Shown here piece by piece: positions 35,442 to 45,188 of a stretch of DNA of 58,825 nucleotides (within the stretch, counting starts at the first letter, position 1; each line of letters starts with the position of its first letter). The stretch is taken from positions 1 to 58,825 of IMG/VR virus record IMGVR_UViG_3300048996_000263. One strand, given 5' to 3'. Position numbers and translations under genes: made by a program. The notes under the pieces are model-generated. The model was not told the origin of the DNA. It did not search any database and was given only the letters and a program-made list of their open reading frames with translations. Source of the DNA: a virus. Its lineage: Duplodnaviria > Caudoviricetes.

Positions 35442-36306
35442 TCACGCCTCTACGGGCGTGTCCCGACAGTCGATCCAGACCGGCCACGACACCGCCACAC
35501 CCTTGACAGTCTCGGCTGCTTTGATGGCTTCCGTCTCGTCCATCTTCGCCCCGACGCGGCCCGTCGCTGGGTCGATGACCAGGAACACGCTCGCTGTGGA
35601 CAGTGGCAGTCGTTCTGACCGGTCCTTCGCCCGGAGCTCGTCCTGGATCTCGCGGCACTCCGAGCACACCAGGAACTCTTTCGGGTTCATGTTCGAGACC
35701 AGGTGGCGTTTCCGCTTGCACATGTCACCGATGACCTTGGCGGCCTCGTTGCCAGTCATGCTGGCTTCCCGACTTGGCCAGCAGGTTGGCGGCTTGCTTC
35801 GACGCCGACACTGACTGCATTGAGGTAGATCCACGCCACGTCGTACGGGTAGGGGCCGCCGCTGTTGACCGTGCCGATCCGCATCGCGAGGGAGTTGTAC
35901 GGCTGGTGCCGACCGAGCCGGAACGAGTACTCGTCGCCCGAGTGCTCGAACGCCTCGACCGTGAGCCCGGTGTCAGCCGCGACCACAGCGGCATGCCATG
36001 CGATCTTGTCGCGTTCGGACCGGCCGTTTCCCAGTGGCGGTTCGATGTGCGACCCCTCGTCCGTGTGGACGCGCTGCACCTGAGGGAGGTCGAGGTACTC
36101 CATCAGTGGTCTCCCTTCACGATCAGTCGCGTCCCGGCCACGACCACGAATAGGCCTACGAGCTCCAGTAAGAGAGCGAGTGAAGCCCACACCCACTGCC
36201 ATGTGACGCTGTCGCTCGCACCGCCTGCGCAGAGCGGGAGGACGCCAAGGGCGACGCACGCCGCTGCGATACCGAACAGTGCTTCACCGCGATCGCCCGC
36301 GCTCAC
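35442..36306 (-). CDS. Three hypothetical genes (35442-35759; 35756-36103; 36103-36306 membrane)
   Basis: Translationally coupled ORFs. Confidence 0.55.
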
Positions 36307-37142
36307 GACGCCTCCTCGACTGGGTGTCTCCGTTGAACATACGACCTCAACACGTCCACCACCCGGAACGTGGCCCGCCTGTCCGAACCACCCCGAACCC
36401 ACCCGTCATGCGAAGCCCAGTTCCTCAGCGTGCTGACCGGGACCTTGAACCAGATCGCCAGATCCGGGTAGGTCAGCTCGGTGCTTTCCCGCATCGTGTC
36501 GACCAGGTCCAGCCATGGCCGGTCCCAGCAGGCACCGCAACCGTGGCAGCGGATCAGGTCGTCGTCGATGCCCGCCCGCAACGGCGCCTCACACCGGACG
36601 GTCTGGTCTCGGAACTCGCTGATCACCGTCGGGCATTCGCCGATCTTCCGCTTCGGTTCCGCGTGTCCCCGCAACTGGACATACAGGTCCCGCACGTCAC
36701 GTGCGTAGTCGGCGGCGCAGTCCTGCTGCATCAACCAGTCCGTCCGGCGCCGGAGAAAAGCGAACCCCTCCCCGACCGTCCCTGGCAGACCATCCATGCA
36801 CTCCGGGTCCCGCCACACGTACTCCGACCACTCCCCCACCACGGCAGGCACCGACATGGGGGCACCCTCCCGGTCGTCCCGGTGCACCGCGTTCGCCGCG
36901 GACCTCCAGTCCAGCATCGCGATCACGTGGTCGTTCGCCGGCGACTTCGACCCGAACGCCCCCGAACCGCCGCCACCGAACGGGGCCGAGGCGGGTGTGG
37001 TGTTGAGGCGTTCGAAGTCGTCCTGGATCGACCCCCACCACCTCAGCACCTCGTTGCGGCACCGGTCACACGCCCGATAGAACCCGGTGATCTCGCCGCA
37101 CTGGCGTACAGCCAGAACCTCACACGAACGGATCAAGGTCAT
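36303..37142 (-). CDS. Zinc-finger plus C-terminal HTH protein, putative late-gene regulator
   Basis: C..C, GSKSP, IG.CP...C...L...C..CG..W and VPVSTLRNWA HTH; typical end-of-early-region actinophage gene. Confidence 0.65.
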   Translation of the reverse strand: MTLIRSCEVLAVRQCGEITGFYRACDRCRNEVLRWWGSIQDDFERLNTTPASAPFGGGGSGAFGSKSPANDHVIAMLDWRSAANAVHRDDREGAPMSVPAVVGEWSEYVWRDPECMDGLPGTVGEGFAFLRRRTDWLMQQDCAADYARDVRDLYVQLRGHAEPKRKIGECPTVISEFRDQTVRCEAPLRAGIDDDLIRCHGCGACWDRPWLDLVDTMRESTELTYPDLAIWFKVPVSTLRNWASHDGWVRGGSDRRATFRVVDVLRSYVQRRHPVEEAS

Positions 37143-37770
37143 CAGCGGGCCTCATTCTCTTGCTGCCTCAGCCACTCACGCGCCTCGGTGTGCATGCCAT
37201 CCAATTCCAGGCCGTGAACGAACGGGTTCGGGCGTGACTGCCTACGGCGGTATTCCACGATGCTGCCGTCGACGAAGATCCGGAAATGGGGTGACGGCCC
37301 GGTCGGCACAGTGTTCCCGCAGAAGTCGGCGGCGACAGTCCAGCGAGGCGCCGTGTACTTCTCCGCCCATCGCGGTGCTCCGACGCGAAGTGCTGACCAA
37401 GTCGTCTGACAGTCCTCGGAGCAGAACAGGTCGGATGGGCTGCTGCCGAGCGGCCCTTCACACTGCTGGCAACCAGTCGCTGCGTCGATCAAATCCAGGA
37501 TGTCCCGACTCATGGCTTCTCCTGTGGTCGGTCGCTGCACGGAACCTGAACGTGATTCTCGGCCTGCCACGCCTCCACCTCCGTGCGTGCAGCGTCGATC
37601 CCGTCAAGGTGACGCATCGGGGACCCGTTCAACAAGCACATCTCCCGGTAGATCCCGAGGACCGCTGGGAGCATGACGTCCTGGGCGCGGAACACGAACA
37701 CCGGTTCGTCGAAGCCGATGACGCCGTTCTCAGGCGTGAAGTGCCCGTACTTCCGGTCAACAGCCATCAC
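37142..37770 (-). CDS. Two hypothetical genes (37142-37513 Zn-binding; 37510-37770 DEPVFVFRAQD motif)
   Basis: Coupled ORFs with RBS. Confidence 0.6.
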
Positions 37771-38546
37771 GTCTCCTCCGTTGGTCGTTGACTGACAGGC
37801 TGCAAGACCGGAAACCCATCCTCAGCAGTGAACAACGGCGCGGCATCCACCGTCCACACCCGACGCTCCACACCCTCAGCGACACACGTCTCACCCGAAC
37901 GGCGATCGACGTATTCGACCGACCCGAGCTCTATCCGAGACGACACGAGCGTTCCCCGCTTGAACCTCGGGTTGTAGTCGTTCCAGTTCACGCCATGCTG
38001 AGACCACAGCATGTCCTGCATCTCACCGGACGACTTGCCGTGCAGCTGCTTGTGCGAGAAGCACGCTTGCGCGGCCATGGAGATCGAGTTACGGGTAGCG
38101 TCCTTCTGCCGCCACACGAAGTAGTTCCTCACCTCCACCGGGTCGGAGATGGTGAACACGCGTGAGTCGAAGAACGCGAGCTTGCCGGGACGAAGCTCGT
38201 TGAACTTCGCTGTGGCGAGCGACGCTGAGATGCTGACGATCTTCTGGATGTTGCCGTCGAACCATGCCTGCGTCTTGGTGGTGCCGAAGTCCATCAGCAG
38301 GAGGCTGATCTCGTCGGACTGCGTGTACGCCATGCACGTCCCGGCGATCTCCTTGCACAGGAACGTCGCAGTGGCCGCCATGTCGAGCATAAGCGGCGCG
38401 TCGTACGGCCGGTTCAGTCCGCGCGTGTACGTGTGGAACGCCTTCCCGTCCAGGCGGATGATCGTGTACGTGCGTCGAGGGAGGGCATAGCGGGTGCGGT
38501 TCTCGTACGAATCCTTCATGCGGTCACCGAGCGTGTCCCGGTTCAC
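37767..38546 (-). CDS. tRNA(His) guanylyltransferase Thg1-like protein (3'-5' polymerase)
   Basis: LGDRMK.YE, IRLDGKAFH, YTQSDEISL, FDG..QK, FDSR, YF.WRQ.D..RNS, G.NW...FKRG motifs; GTG start at 38546. Confidence 0.93.
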   Translation of the reverse strand: MNRDTLGDRMKDSYENRTRYALPRRTYTIIRLDGKAFHTYTRGLNRPYDAPLMLDMAATATFLCKEIAGTCMAYTQSDEISLLLMDFGTTKTQAWFDGNIQKIVSISASLATAKFNELRPGKLAFFDSRVFTISDPVEVRNYFVWRQKDATRNSISMAAQACFSHKQLHGKSSGEMQDMLWSQHGVNWNDYNPRFKRGTLVSSRIELGSVEYVDRRSGETCVAEGVERRVWTVDAAPLFTAEDGFPVLQPVSQRPTEET

Positions 38547-38567
38547 GTCGTCTCCTCCGTTGGTCGT
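37770..38567. repeat. 19-bp perfect direct repeat flanking the Thg1-like gene
   Basis: CGTCTCCTCCGTTGGTCGT at 37770-37788 and 38549-38567. Confidence 0.9.
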
Positions 38568-39843
38568 GGCCCGAACTCGGTGACCGTGTCGACATCCGCC
38601 AACTCGCCGGCTGCCCTGTCGTCGAAACCCACGTTCCTGTAGTCCTCCCGTATCCGGTGCCAGTGGATGTCCCACACCTCCGGGGTCACGGGCTCTTCTC
38701 CCACAACGAACAGATGCAGGCGAACGGATGGAAGCAGCGCTTCGCCTGGGCTGCCTTGACATCGTCAGCGATGCGCGCGAATGCCTGCCGGATCGCGTCC
38801 TCGTTGGCCTTGGCCGACCTGTAGAACCCCGCCAGGTTCAGACTCACTTCGTAGACCACGTCAGGTGGCGGGCGGAGAATGCCGAGCCTGCGTGCGATCC
38901 CTCGTCTGATCGGCACGTTCACGCCTCCTCCAGTCCGCTGACGTTCCGCTCGTAGTCAGCCGCCGCCCGCACAAGGACTGTGAGCGACAGGCTGCCTCGA
39001 TTGGTTCGGCGCAGGGCATCCAGGACGATGTCCGTCGCGGTGAGAGTGGACAGACCCTGCTGTTGACCGATTTCCGGTACAAGCAGAGCGAGTCGTCGGA
39101 GACCATCGGCCATCTCCCGGTAGTCGGCTGCCATGTCGTTGAGGGCTGACGCGATGACTTCCCCGAATGCCTCGGCCTTGTCGATCTTCATGGCGTCTCC
39201 TCCAGTCCGTAACCACGAGCCAAACAGGCAAGCGCGGAGCGATATGCGAACCGGTACACATCGGCCATGACTGCCGACATGTGTTCGCTCTGCCTCAGGC
39301 CACGCTGCTTCTCCACCGCCTCGATCTCGGCGCACTTCTCGGCGGCCTTGACGTACATCGCCACCAGGTCCCGGTCCGCTGCGCAGCGACGGAGAATGGC
39401 CGTGCGGTCGGCGAACCGTTGCGTCGCCGTGATCGCGCGCTCGTCGCCTTCAAGCCAGCAGTCACCGCTGAGGTCTTCGGCGCACTCCTCGTCGGCCGCA
39501 ATGGCGGCTAGCAGTTTCTCCACGATGTCGGTCACCGGAACCACCTCCGTAGCCAGCCGCCCTTCCGCTCCACCGGGACAGCCGTGAACTCAGCCCACGC
39601 CCAACCCTCACCCGTCGGTCTGACCACAGCCGAGTAGCCGCGCCTCATCGCGATCAGATCCGCCTGCGGTTCGCTGTCAGCCTGGATGAACTGCTCATGG
39701 ACCGAAGGACGTTGACGGTCCAGCAGCGCGTCCAGAAGACCCATCTCCCAACCAGCCGTGTACGCGTCGTCGTCGTGCGGGCCGCCCTTCGAGGTGACCG
39801 TCACGAACGGCATCACCAGATCGAAACCCTGCTCCTCGCTCAC
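38543..39843 (-). CDS. Five small genes (38543-38689; 38686-38922; 38919-39191; 39188-39535 DUF6221-like; 39532-39843)
   Basis: Chain of 4-nt stop/start overlaps; 39188-39535 has L.A.IA.DE..A...ILR.C.A.R...LA..Y pattern. Confidence 0.6.
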
Positions 39844-40310
39844 GCCGCCGCCACCTGTCCGTCCACATCGAAATTCCACAACCCGAGCCGACCCTTCGCC
39901 GCGACCGGAACGAGCAGGCGCCGGACGTTGGCGAGCTGCCAATGCTTGTGACCGCCCATCGCCCACGGGCCACAGTCACAGCCCTCGCCGTCGCAGATGC
40001 CAACCAAGTCCACGACGGCCAGGACACGGCCCATGTCGCTGTACGGCAGGTCGTCGGCCAGGTATGAGGGTGTCTGGATGTCGAGGTCCCGCATCGTGTG
40101 CACGACCTTCGTGAGGGCTTCCAGCGCGTGGTCGTCCCAGCGTTTCGCCGAGTGGATCGCCAACGGGCCCCGATAGTCGGTGCCCCACGTACGGTTCTCG
40201 ATCGTCTTGTGGCCCATGGCGATAGCCCAAGCCCACGGCTGGCGAACTGTGATCACCTTCATCCGAGCCACCTCTTCGGTAGCCGTGCAAACAAACCAGG
40301 GCGCGCTCAT
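39840..40310 (-). CDS. ASCH domain protein
   Basis: ITVRQPWAWAI..G.K.IENR.W...YRGPLAIHS...HW.L...KG.LGLW; start 40310 or 40262. Confidence 0.88.
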   Translation of the reverse strand: MSAPWFVCTATEEVARMKVITVRQPWAWAIAMGHKTIENRTWGTDYRGPLAIHSAKRWDDHALEALTKVVHTMRDLDIQTPSYLADDLPYSDMGRVLAVVDLVGICDGEGCDCGPWAMGGHKHWQLANVRRLLVPVAAKGRLGLWNFDVDGQVAAA

Positions 40311-42163
40311 GGCTTCCTTCCGACGGATCGCACCAAGGCGACGGCCAGCACACCCAGTAGGAGTAGTTGAGTCGTGACGAAGTAGACGATGCACCACTGC
40401 CACGGCAAGACCTCGCTCACGAATCTGTATGCCAGCCAGGAAACTGGCGCGCCGACGGACGCGACTCCGGCCATGCCCTTCGGGCTCATCCGATCACCTT
40501 CTTGAAGGTGCGGGCCATCCAACTAGGGCGCAGGTACGTGTCAGGAGGTTGCGCGTGCAAGACGGCCTCGAACTCAGCGAGTGTGACCGTCCGAGATGGC
40601 TCATCTTCTTCTGGGATGACACCAGCAGGGTGGGTGATCCCGAACGCCTTGCTCGGCGGCGGGCCAGCGTCCGGGTGAGGGCCGACAGTCACGATCGGGG
40701 CCAGCGCTGGCGCCACCGGTTCGCCGGCTCGGTCCCGGCCGTTAGCGAGGCACCACGCTTGGCGGCAGTCGTCGGAACAGAACACGGGAAGCCATGAGGC
40801 GGGAGCGAACTCGCCTTCACAGTCCGGGTTACGGCACGGCCTCGGGTCAATCGCCATCGGACACCTGCCCATGTTTCGCGTCCCATTCAGACAGTAGGCG
40901 CTGCCCGTCGCCCGTAAGGACCATCGGCCTCTCGCGTGCCCAGCCGCGCTTGGCCGGGAGCCACAGGTTGCGCCACTGCTCTTCGCTCAGGTAGTTCCGA
41001 ACGCGGTTATTCGGGTGGATCGGATACCAGACAATGCCAGTCCAGTTGTCGGGAATCGACGTCACTCGGCATGGGTAGCAGCCGACCGATCCGGCCGAGA
41101 TCCACGTCAGCATCCGGTGACGAAGCAGGGTTCGGTTCACTCGGTTACCTCTATCCCGCACTCACGCACGATCTCGACGACGTCCTCAGGGTGAACAACC
41201 CACACCTCTTCGCCCGCGTGGTCCTTGGGGCAAGCGTGGGACCGGTTGCCGACCATCTCGGCGAGCCGAGTCGCGTCCACTGCCGGTCTCGGTCCCCAGC
41301 CGTGAGCGATGTAGGCGTCGGTGATCATGTACGCCTCTTTGGCGACCGGGAGGTACGGCGTCTCCGGGTTGTCGAAGACGCACTTGGTTTCAAGGATCAT
41401 CTGGATCGCTGCTTCGCGGTCTTCGTTGCTGACGGTCATATCTCCTCCTCGGGGTCATCGCTCGCCGTGAACATCACACAAGCGGCGCCACGAACAGGGT
41501 CGTGGTCCCAAGAACGCTCGCCGCGGTAGAACGAGTCCCGCACCCAACCCCTCTCCGGATTAATCGCGTGCTCACAGCCGTGGAAGGACCGGCAGGCTTC
41601 AACCGCCATCGGATGGGCGAGTGCGACGTCATGGGTGCCGATCACGATCACGCCGCGCTCGTACTCGTGCTTCCAGCACACTGCGCGTATCTTGACCGGC
41701 TGGTAGGGCTTGCCGTTCGGGCGGATGATCACCGGTAGGCGCGGCGGTTGCGGTTCTGTGTACGGGCTCACCGGGAACCTCCCCGCTTGCTGCTCAAGTC
41801 GTTCTCGCTGTAGTTCAAGGCTGCGAGGATCGACGCCGCCAGTTCCCGGGCTTCTACGTACGGCATCGCCACGACATCGCCCGGGTAGTGATGTTCGGGG
41901 TAACTGCTGCGCAAGCTGTGCGGCGTGTGGATGTACACGCACCGAATCGGCTCCTGGTCCTCCTCGGACCGGGCGACAACCGTCCACATGCTGTGCTCTG
42001 TCCCGATCTCCCATTGCAAGCCGTCCATGTCATGACCCTGCTTGACCTGCCTGGTCGGCTCGGGAAGTCCGGCCTTGCCTGCCGGGTAAAGGCGTCGCTC
42101 GTGGTCGGCGAGGAGCTGGCGGATCGAGGCCAACTCCTCCGTCACTTGGCTACCGTCCGTCAC
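40307..42163 (-). CDS. Six small hypothetical genes (40307-40489; 40486-40857; 40847-41140; 41137-41439; 41436-41771; 41768-42163)
   Basis: Overlapping stop/start chain typical of phage early operons. Confidence 0.55.
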
Positions 42164-42223
42164 AGCTCGTCCGCGTGCTTATTGATCCTCTGTGAGCGTC
42201 TTGTCGGGTTGGGGGTTGGTCAG

Positions 42224-42868
42224 TCATCGGTCAAGCCCTCCCGATTCGGAAGCGTTTTTGTTCCACCAGTCAGCGCGCGTCTTCGTCGGATCCGGTGGCG
42301 GCATACCCCATACGAAGTCCCGCTCGACCATCCCGACCGTGACCGGGTCGAGGCATGCGCCGTGCTTGCCTCGGTTGCTGCGGTGCCGGTCGAAGTTGCC
42401 GACCGTGCTGAACGTCCGGTGGCACGCGCCGCAGTGCGCGATCCGAGTCCGGCTCCAGCGGGCGGGGCAGCCGCCGCAGGATGCCGATTGCTGCTGACGC
42501 ACAGGCGCCTCTCGCTGAGTTTCAGCGGTCTCCGGTGTCATCCACTCCACCTCGGGGGTTGAAGGGCTTAGATCGCCACTCAGGGCTTCGTCGGTTTTGG
42601 GAACCCAGATCGCCCACCGTCCGCATCCCTCGCAGCGGGTTTGCTTGTGCGTCCTGGAAATCTGCTCAGCCCACTCGTGCCACGCGAGGTACCCGTCCGG
42701 TTCGGGCGCGTGCCGCTCGGCTTGCGGACAAGCAGCCTTGATGCGCTTGAGGCAAGGCGTCCGCGCGGTCTTCCCGCCTCGCACGCACGGTTGACCGGAG
42801 TCGGCACCGCATGTCGGGCACGGGACGTGGATCACCTCGGCGTACAAGCCATCCGAAGGGCGACTCAC
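42224..42868 (-). CDS. Multi-zinc-finger protein with C-terminal FDxHR motif
   Basis: CPTC..GQPC; GY..WHEWA...H.Q.RC.GC; HC.ACH.TF....FDRHR...CLDP. Confidence 0.6.
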   Translation of the reverse strand: MSRPSDGLYAEVIHVPCPTCGADSGQPCVRGGKTARTPCLKRIKAACPQAERHAPEPDGYLAWHEWAEQISRTHKQTRCEGCGRWAIWVPKTDEALSGDLSPSTPEVEWMTPETAETQREAPVRQQQSASCGGCPARWSRTRIAHCGACHRTFSTVGNFDRHRSNRGKHGACLDPVTVGMVERDFVWGMPPPDPTKTRADWWNKNASESGGLDR

Positions 42869-43257
42869 GACGGATCCTCGTCGGGCAGAACCACGCCCAT
42901 GACTGGCTTGCCTGGGAACTGGTTGTGGAAGTCCTGGATCGGGTCGTGAGTGCCCCACGCGTGCGGCGCGGGTTGGACCTCGTGGTATTCGCCATACTCC
43001 CCAGCGGACCAATCCAGCCACGCCATCAGGTCAGGCAGATCAGCGCCTTCCGGTGGTCCGAAGTCCTTCAGCCACGGGTGCTGCAACAGCAGCTCGGGCT
43101 GCATCGCGTCACAGGCGAGCGGCAGCTGGTGGGTCATGATCACGTCGCCGGTCATATGGGAAAGCAACCGGGCCACGCCGTCGATGTGGTCGGGGGAGAG
43201 CAGGCGGCCGTCCGTGATGGACAACAGATCGCCGATGTGAAAGCGGGTGTCGCTCAT
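42865..43257 (-). CDS. Conserved hypothetical phage protein
   Basis: F..GD.LSIT.GRL...L.HMTG....THQLP...LL.QHPWL. Confidence 0.65.
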   Translation of the reverse strand: MSDTRFHIGDLLSITDGRLLSPDHIDGVARLLSHMTGDVIMTHQLPLACDAMQPELLLQHPWLKDFGPPEGADLPDLMAWLDWSAGEYGEYHEVQPAPHAWGTHDPIQDFHNQFPGKPVMGVVLPDEDPS

Positions 43258-44009
43258 GCTGGTTCCTGTCGTGGGAGTGGCTGGTGGTCACAACGCACGT
43301 ACGGCGACATCGGCGTTGCACGGGATCCGGGGACGAGCCGCTGCCCGTCGGTAGTGCACAGCTGGCAAGCCCGGACCGCGAACCGCTCCGCCTCGACCTG
43401 GCGTACAGCGCGGGCGCCACCGTCGGCATCCCAGGCTTCACGGGCACGCCGGGCATCCGCACATCCACCGCACGCCGGAGGGTTCGGGTTGTTGAGATGC
43501 CTGGGGCAGCGGAGGGAGGGGGGCTCATCTCCCCCCCTCCCCTTCTCCTCTCCTCCCCTTCTCCCCCCCTCCCCTTCTCCGGGCACTGAGGTTCCGTCGA
43601 GGTCTTCACTGCCTGATTCACTGCCAAGCTCACTGTCAGATTCAGTGAGCTGCACGTGGTTCGGACATGGAGGAAGGCGAGAGGGTGTCGGACGATTGGG
43701 CTTCTGATGTTCCTTCCAGTTCACTGTGTGCACGTAGCGGATGCCGTCCACCTCGTACCGGCAGATCGGGCCCTCCTTGTCGTTCCTGCCCAGCGTCATG
43801 CGGTCAAGCCACTTGTCCACCTTGGACGCCGTGATCTTCTCGTCATGCGGGAAGCAGTCCCCGGCGATGGTCTTCGGGTTGTCGAAACCCCGCCCCTTGT
43901 CGTCCAGGTAACCCCACAGCAGCACGAAGAAGTAGCGCATCTCGAACGGCCAACTCGCGACCAGTTGAGAGTTTCGGAGGTCCGGCTTGACCGAACGAAT
44001 GCGAGCCAC
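43254..44009 (-). CDS. Putative phage replication initiator
   Basis: MARIRSVKP...LW.Y.DD.GRG...W.EHQK..RP.PS N-terminus; C-terminal C..H...CG.C, C.LC, C.H. Confidence 0.75.
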   Translation of the reverse strand: MARIRSVKPDLRNSQLVASWPFEMRYFFVLLWGYLDDKGRGFDNPKTIAGDCFPHDEKITASKVDKWLDRMTLGRNDKEGPICRYEVDGIRYVHTVNWKEHQKPNRPTPSRLPPCPNHVQLTESDSELGSESGSEDLDGTSVPGEGEGGRRGGEEKGRGGDEPPSLRCPRHLNNPNPPACGGCADARRAREAWDADGGARAVRQVEAERFAVRACQLCTTDGQRLVPGSRATPMSPYVRCDHQPLPRQEPA

Positions 44010-44386
44010 TAGGCCACAGCCCCTCTCAAAACGTTCACCGTGAGTCCCAAACGCTCACGGATGCGGGCTGTTGTGTACGTAGTCATGCGGGTCCAGGACG
44101 CGATCTCCACGTCCGTCCACCCGTTCGTCCACAGCTCGTGAACTAGCCAGTCCCTCGCATAGGACGGCAGGATCTCGGCCGGTTCTTTCCCTGCCCTGCA
44201 CTGCTTGAACAACCGGTCCACGTGGTCGCCGACGACTCTCCGTCCACCTGCCATAGTCTTCTGTTCGTGGCGTTGCGGCCGGAGCGTCGTCCCAAACCGG
44301 CGTAGCCACGAGTAGTGCCGGTTGCACAGGTCACGCCTGATCGGGCCACGGACACAGTCTTCGTCGTCCACGAGGCACTTCTTCAT
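44009..44386 (-). CDS. Zn-finger/HTH hypothetical protein
   Basis: C...LCNRHY; GWTDVEIA...RIRERLGL. Confidence 0.6.
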   Translation of the reverse strand: MKKCLVDDEDCVRGPIRRDLCNRHYSWLRRFGTTLRPQRHEQKTMAGGRRVVGDHVDRLFKQCRAGKEPAEILPSYARDWLVHELWTNGWTDVEIASWTRMTTYTTARIRERLGLTVNVLRGAVA

Positions 44387-44438
44387 GGCTTGACGTCGCC
44401 TCCTCTCGCGGTGTTGTGGGGTACAGGCCGAAGGTCAC

Positions 44439-45188
44439 TCACGACGCACCGCCAAACAAGTCCGGTTCAGCAAGGTGCTTGGCTGCCTTCTCGCAGTGCT
44501 CCTCGTCTGCCTCGATGCCGATAGCGCGGCGACCCAACGAGCGGGCAGTGAGCAGCGTGGACCCACTACCGGCGAACGGGTCCAGGACCAATCCGCCGGC
44601 CGGCACGCTGTACTCAATCAACGGGGCCAGTACCGACGCCGGCTTCTCCGTCGGGTGGATGCCGCCACGGACGCTCTTGGCTTTGATGACCGAGCGGACC
44701 ATGCGGCGGCCGTCGTCTTCGTATACGTGGCCGCCGATATCGCCGTAGTGCTCGCCCTTGCTTCCTCGCGCCCTAGCGTGCTTGTCCGGGCCGTGATAAG
44801 CCTCCCGGACAGCCTCGTGACGCACCGCACCCCATGCGCCCTGATAGAAATGCAGGACGTGCTCGTGGACCCGCTTGAACCGGTCTACCGCGAACCCGGT
44901 CCCGTTGTGTTTCTCCCACACCACATCCTGCGACAGCTTCCAGCCGCCCTCCAGGAACTCAGTCCAGCGTTCGGTGAACATCCGGAACGACCCGAAACAC
45001 CACATGGACGAGGAGTGCATCGACAGCAGCGCGGGCCATTGGCGAGGCCACGAGTCCCACGGCAGCGCGGTTTCGCCGTAAGGCGGGTCTGTCACGATCG
45101 CGTCCGCGGTCATGTAGTTGCCGGCGAAGAAGCTCGTGATGTCACAGTTGTAGAGCGCGACTTTCTGGTCGGAATAGTATGGTTTCAC
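44439..45188 (-). CDS. Orphan DNA methyltransferase (beta class, N6-A/N4-C)
   Basis: TDPPY (motif IV), HPTEKP, VLDPFAGSGST (motif I); GTG start KPYYSD. Confidence 0.93.
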   Translation of the reverse strand: MKPYYSDQKVALYNCDITSFFAGNYMTADAIVTDPPYGETALPWDSWPRQWPALLSMHSSSMWCFGSFRMFTERWTEFLEGGWKLSQDVVWEKHNGTGFAVDRFKRVHEHVLHFYQGAWGAVRHEAVREAYHGPDKHARARGSKGEHYGDIGGHVYEDDGRRMVRSVIKAKSVRGGIHPTEKPASVLAPLIEYSVPAGGLVLDPFAGSGSTLLTARSLGRRAIGIEADEEHCEKAAKHLAEPDLFGGAS

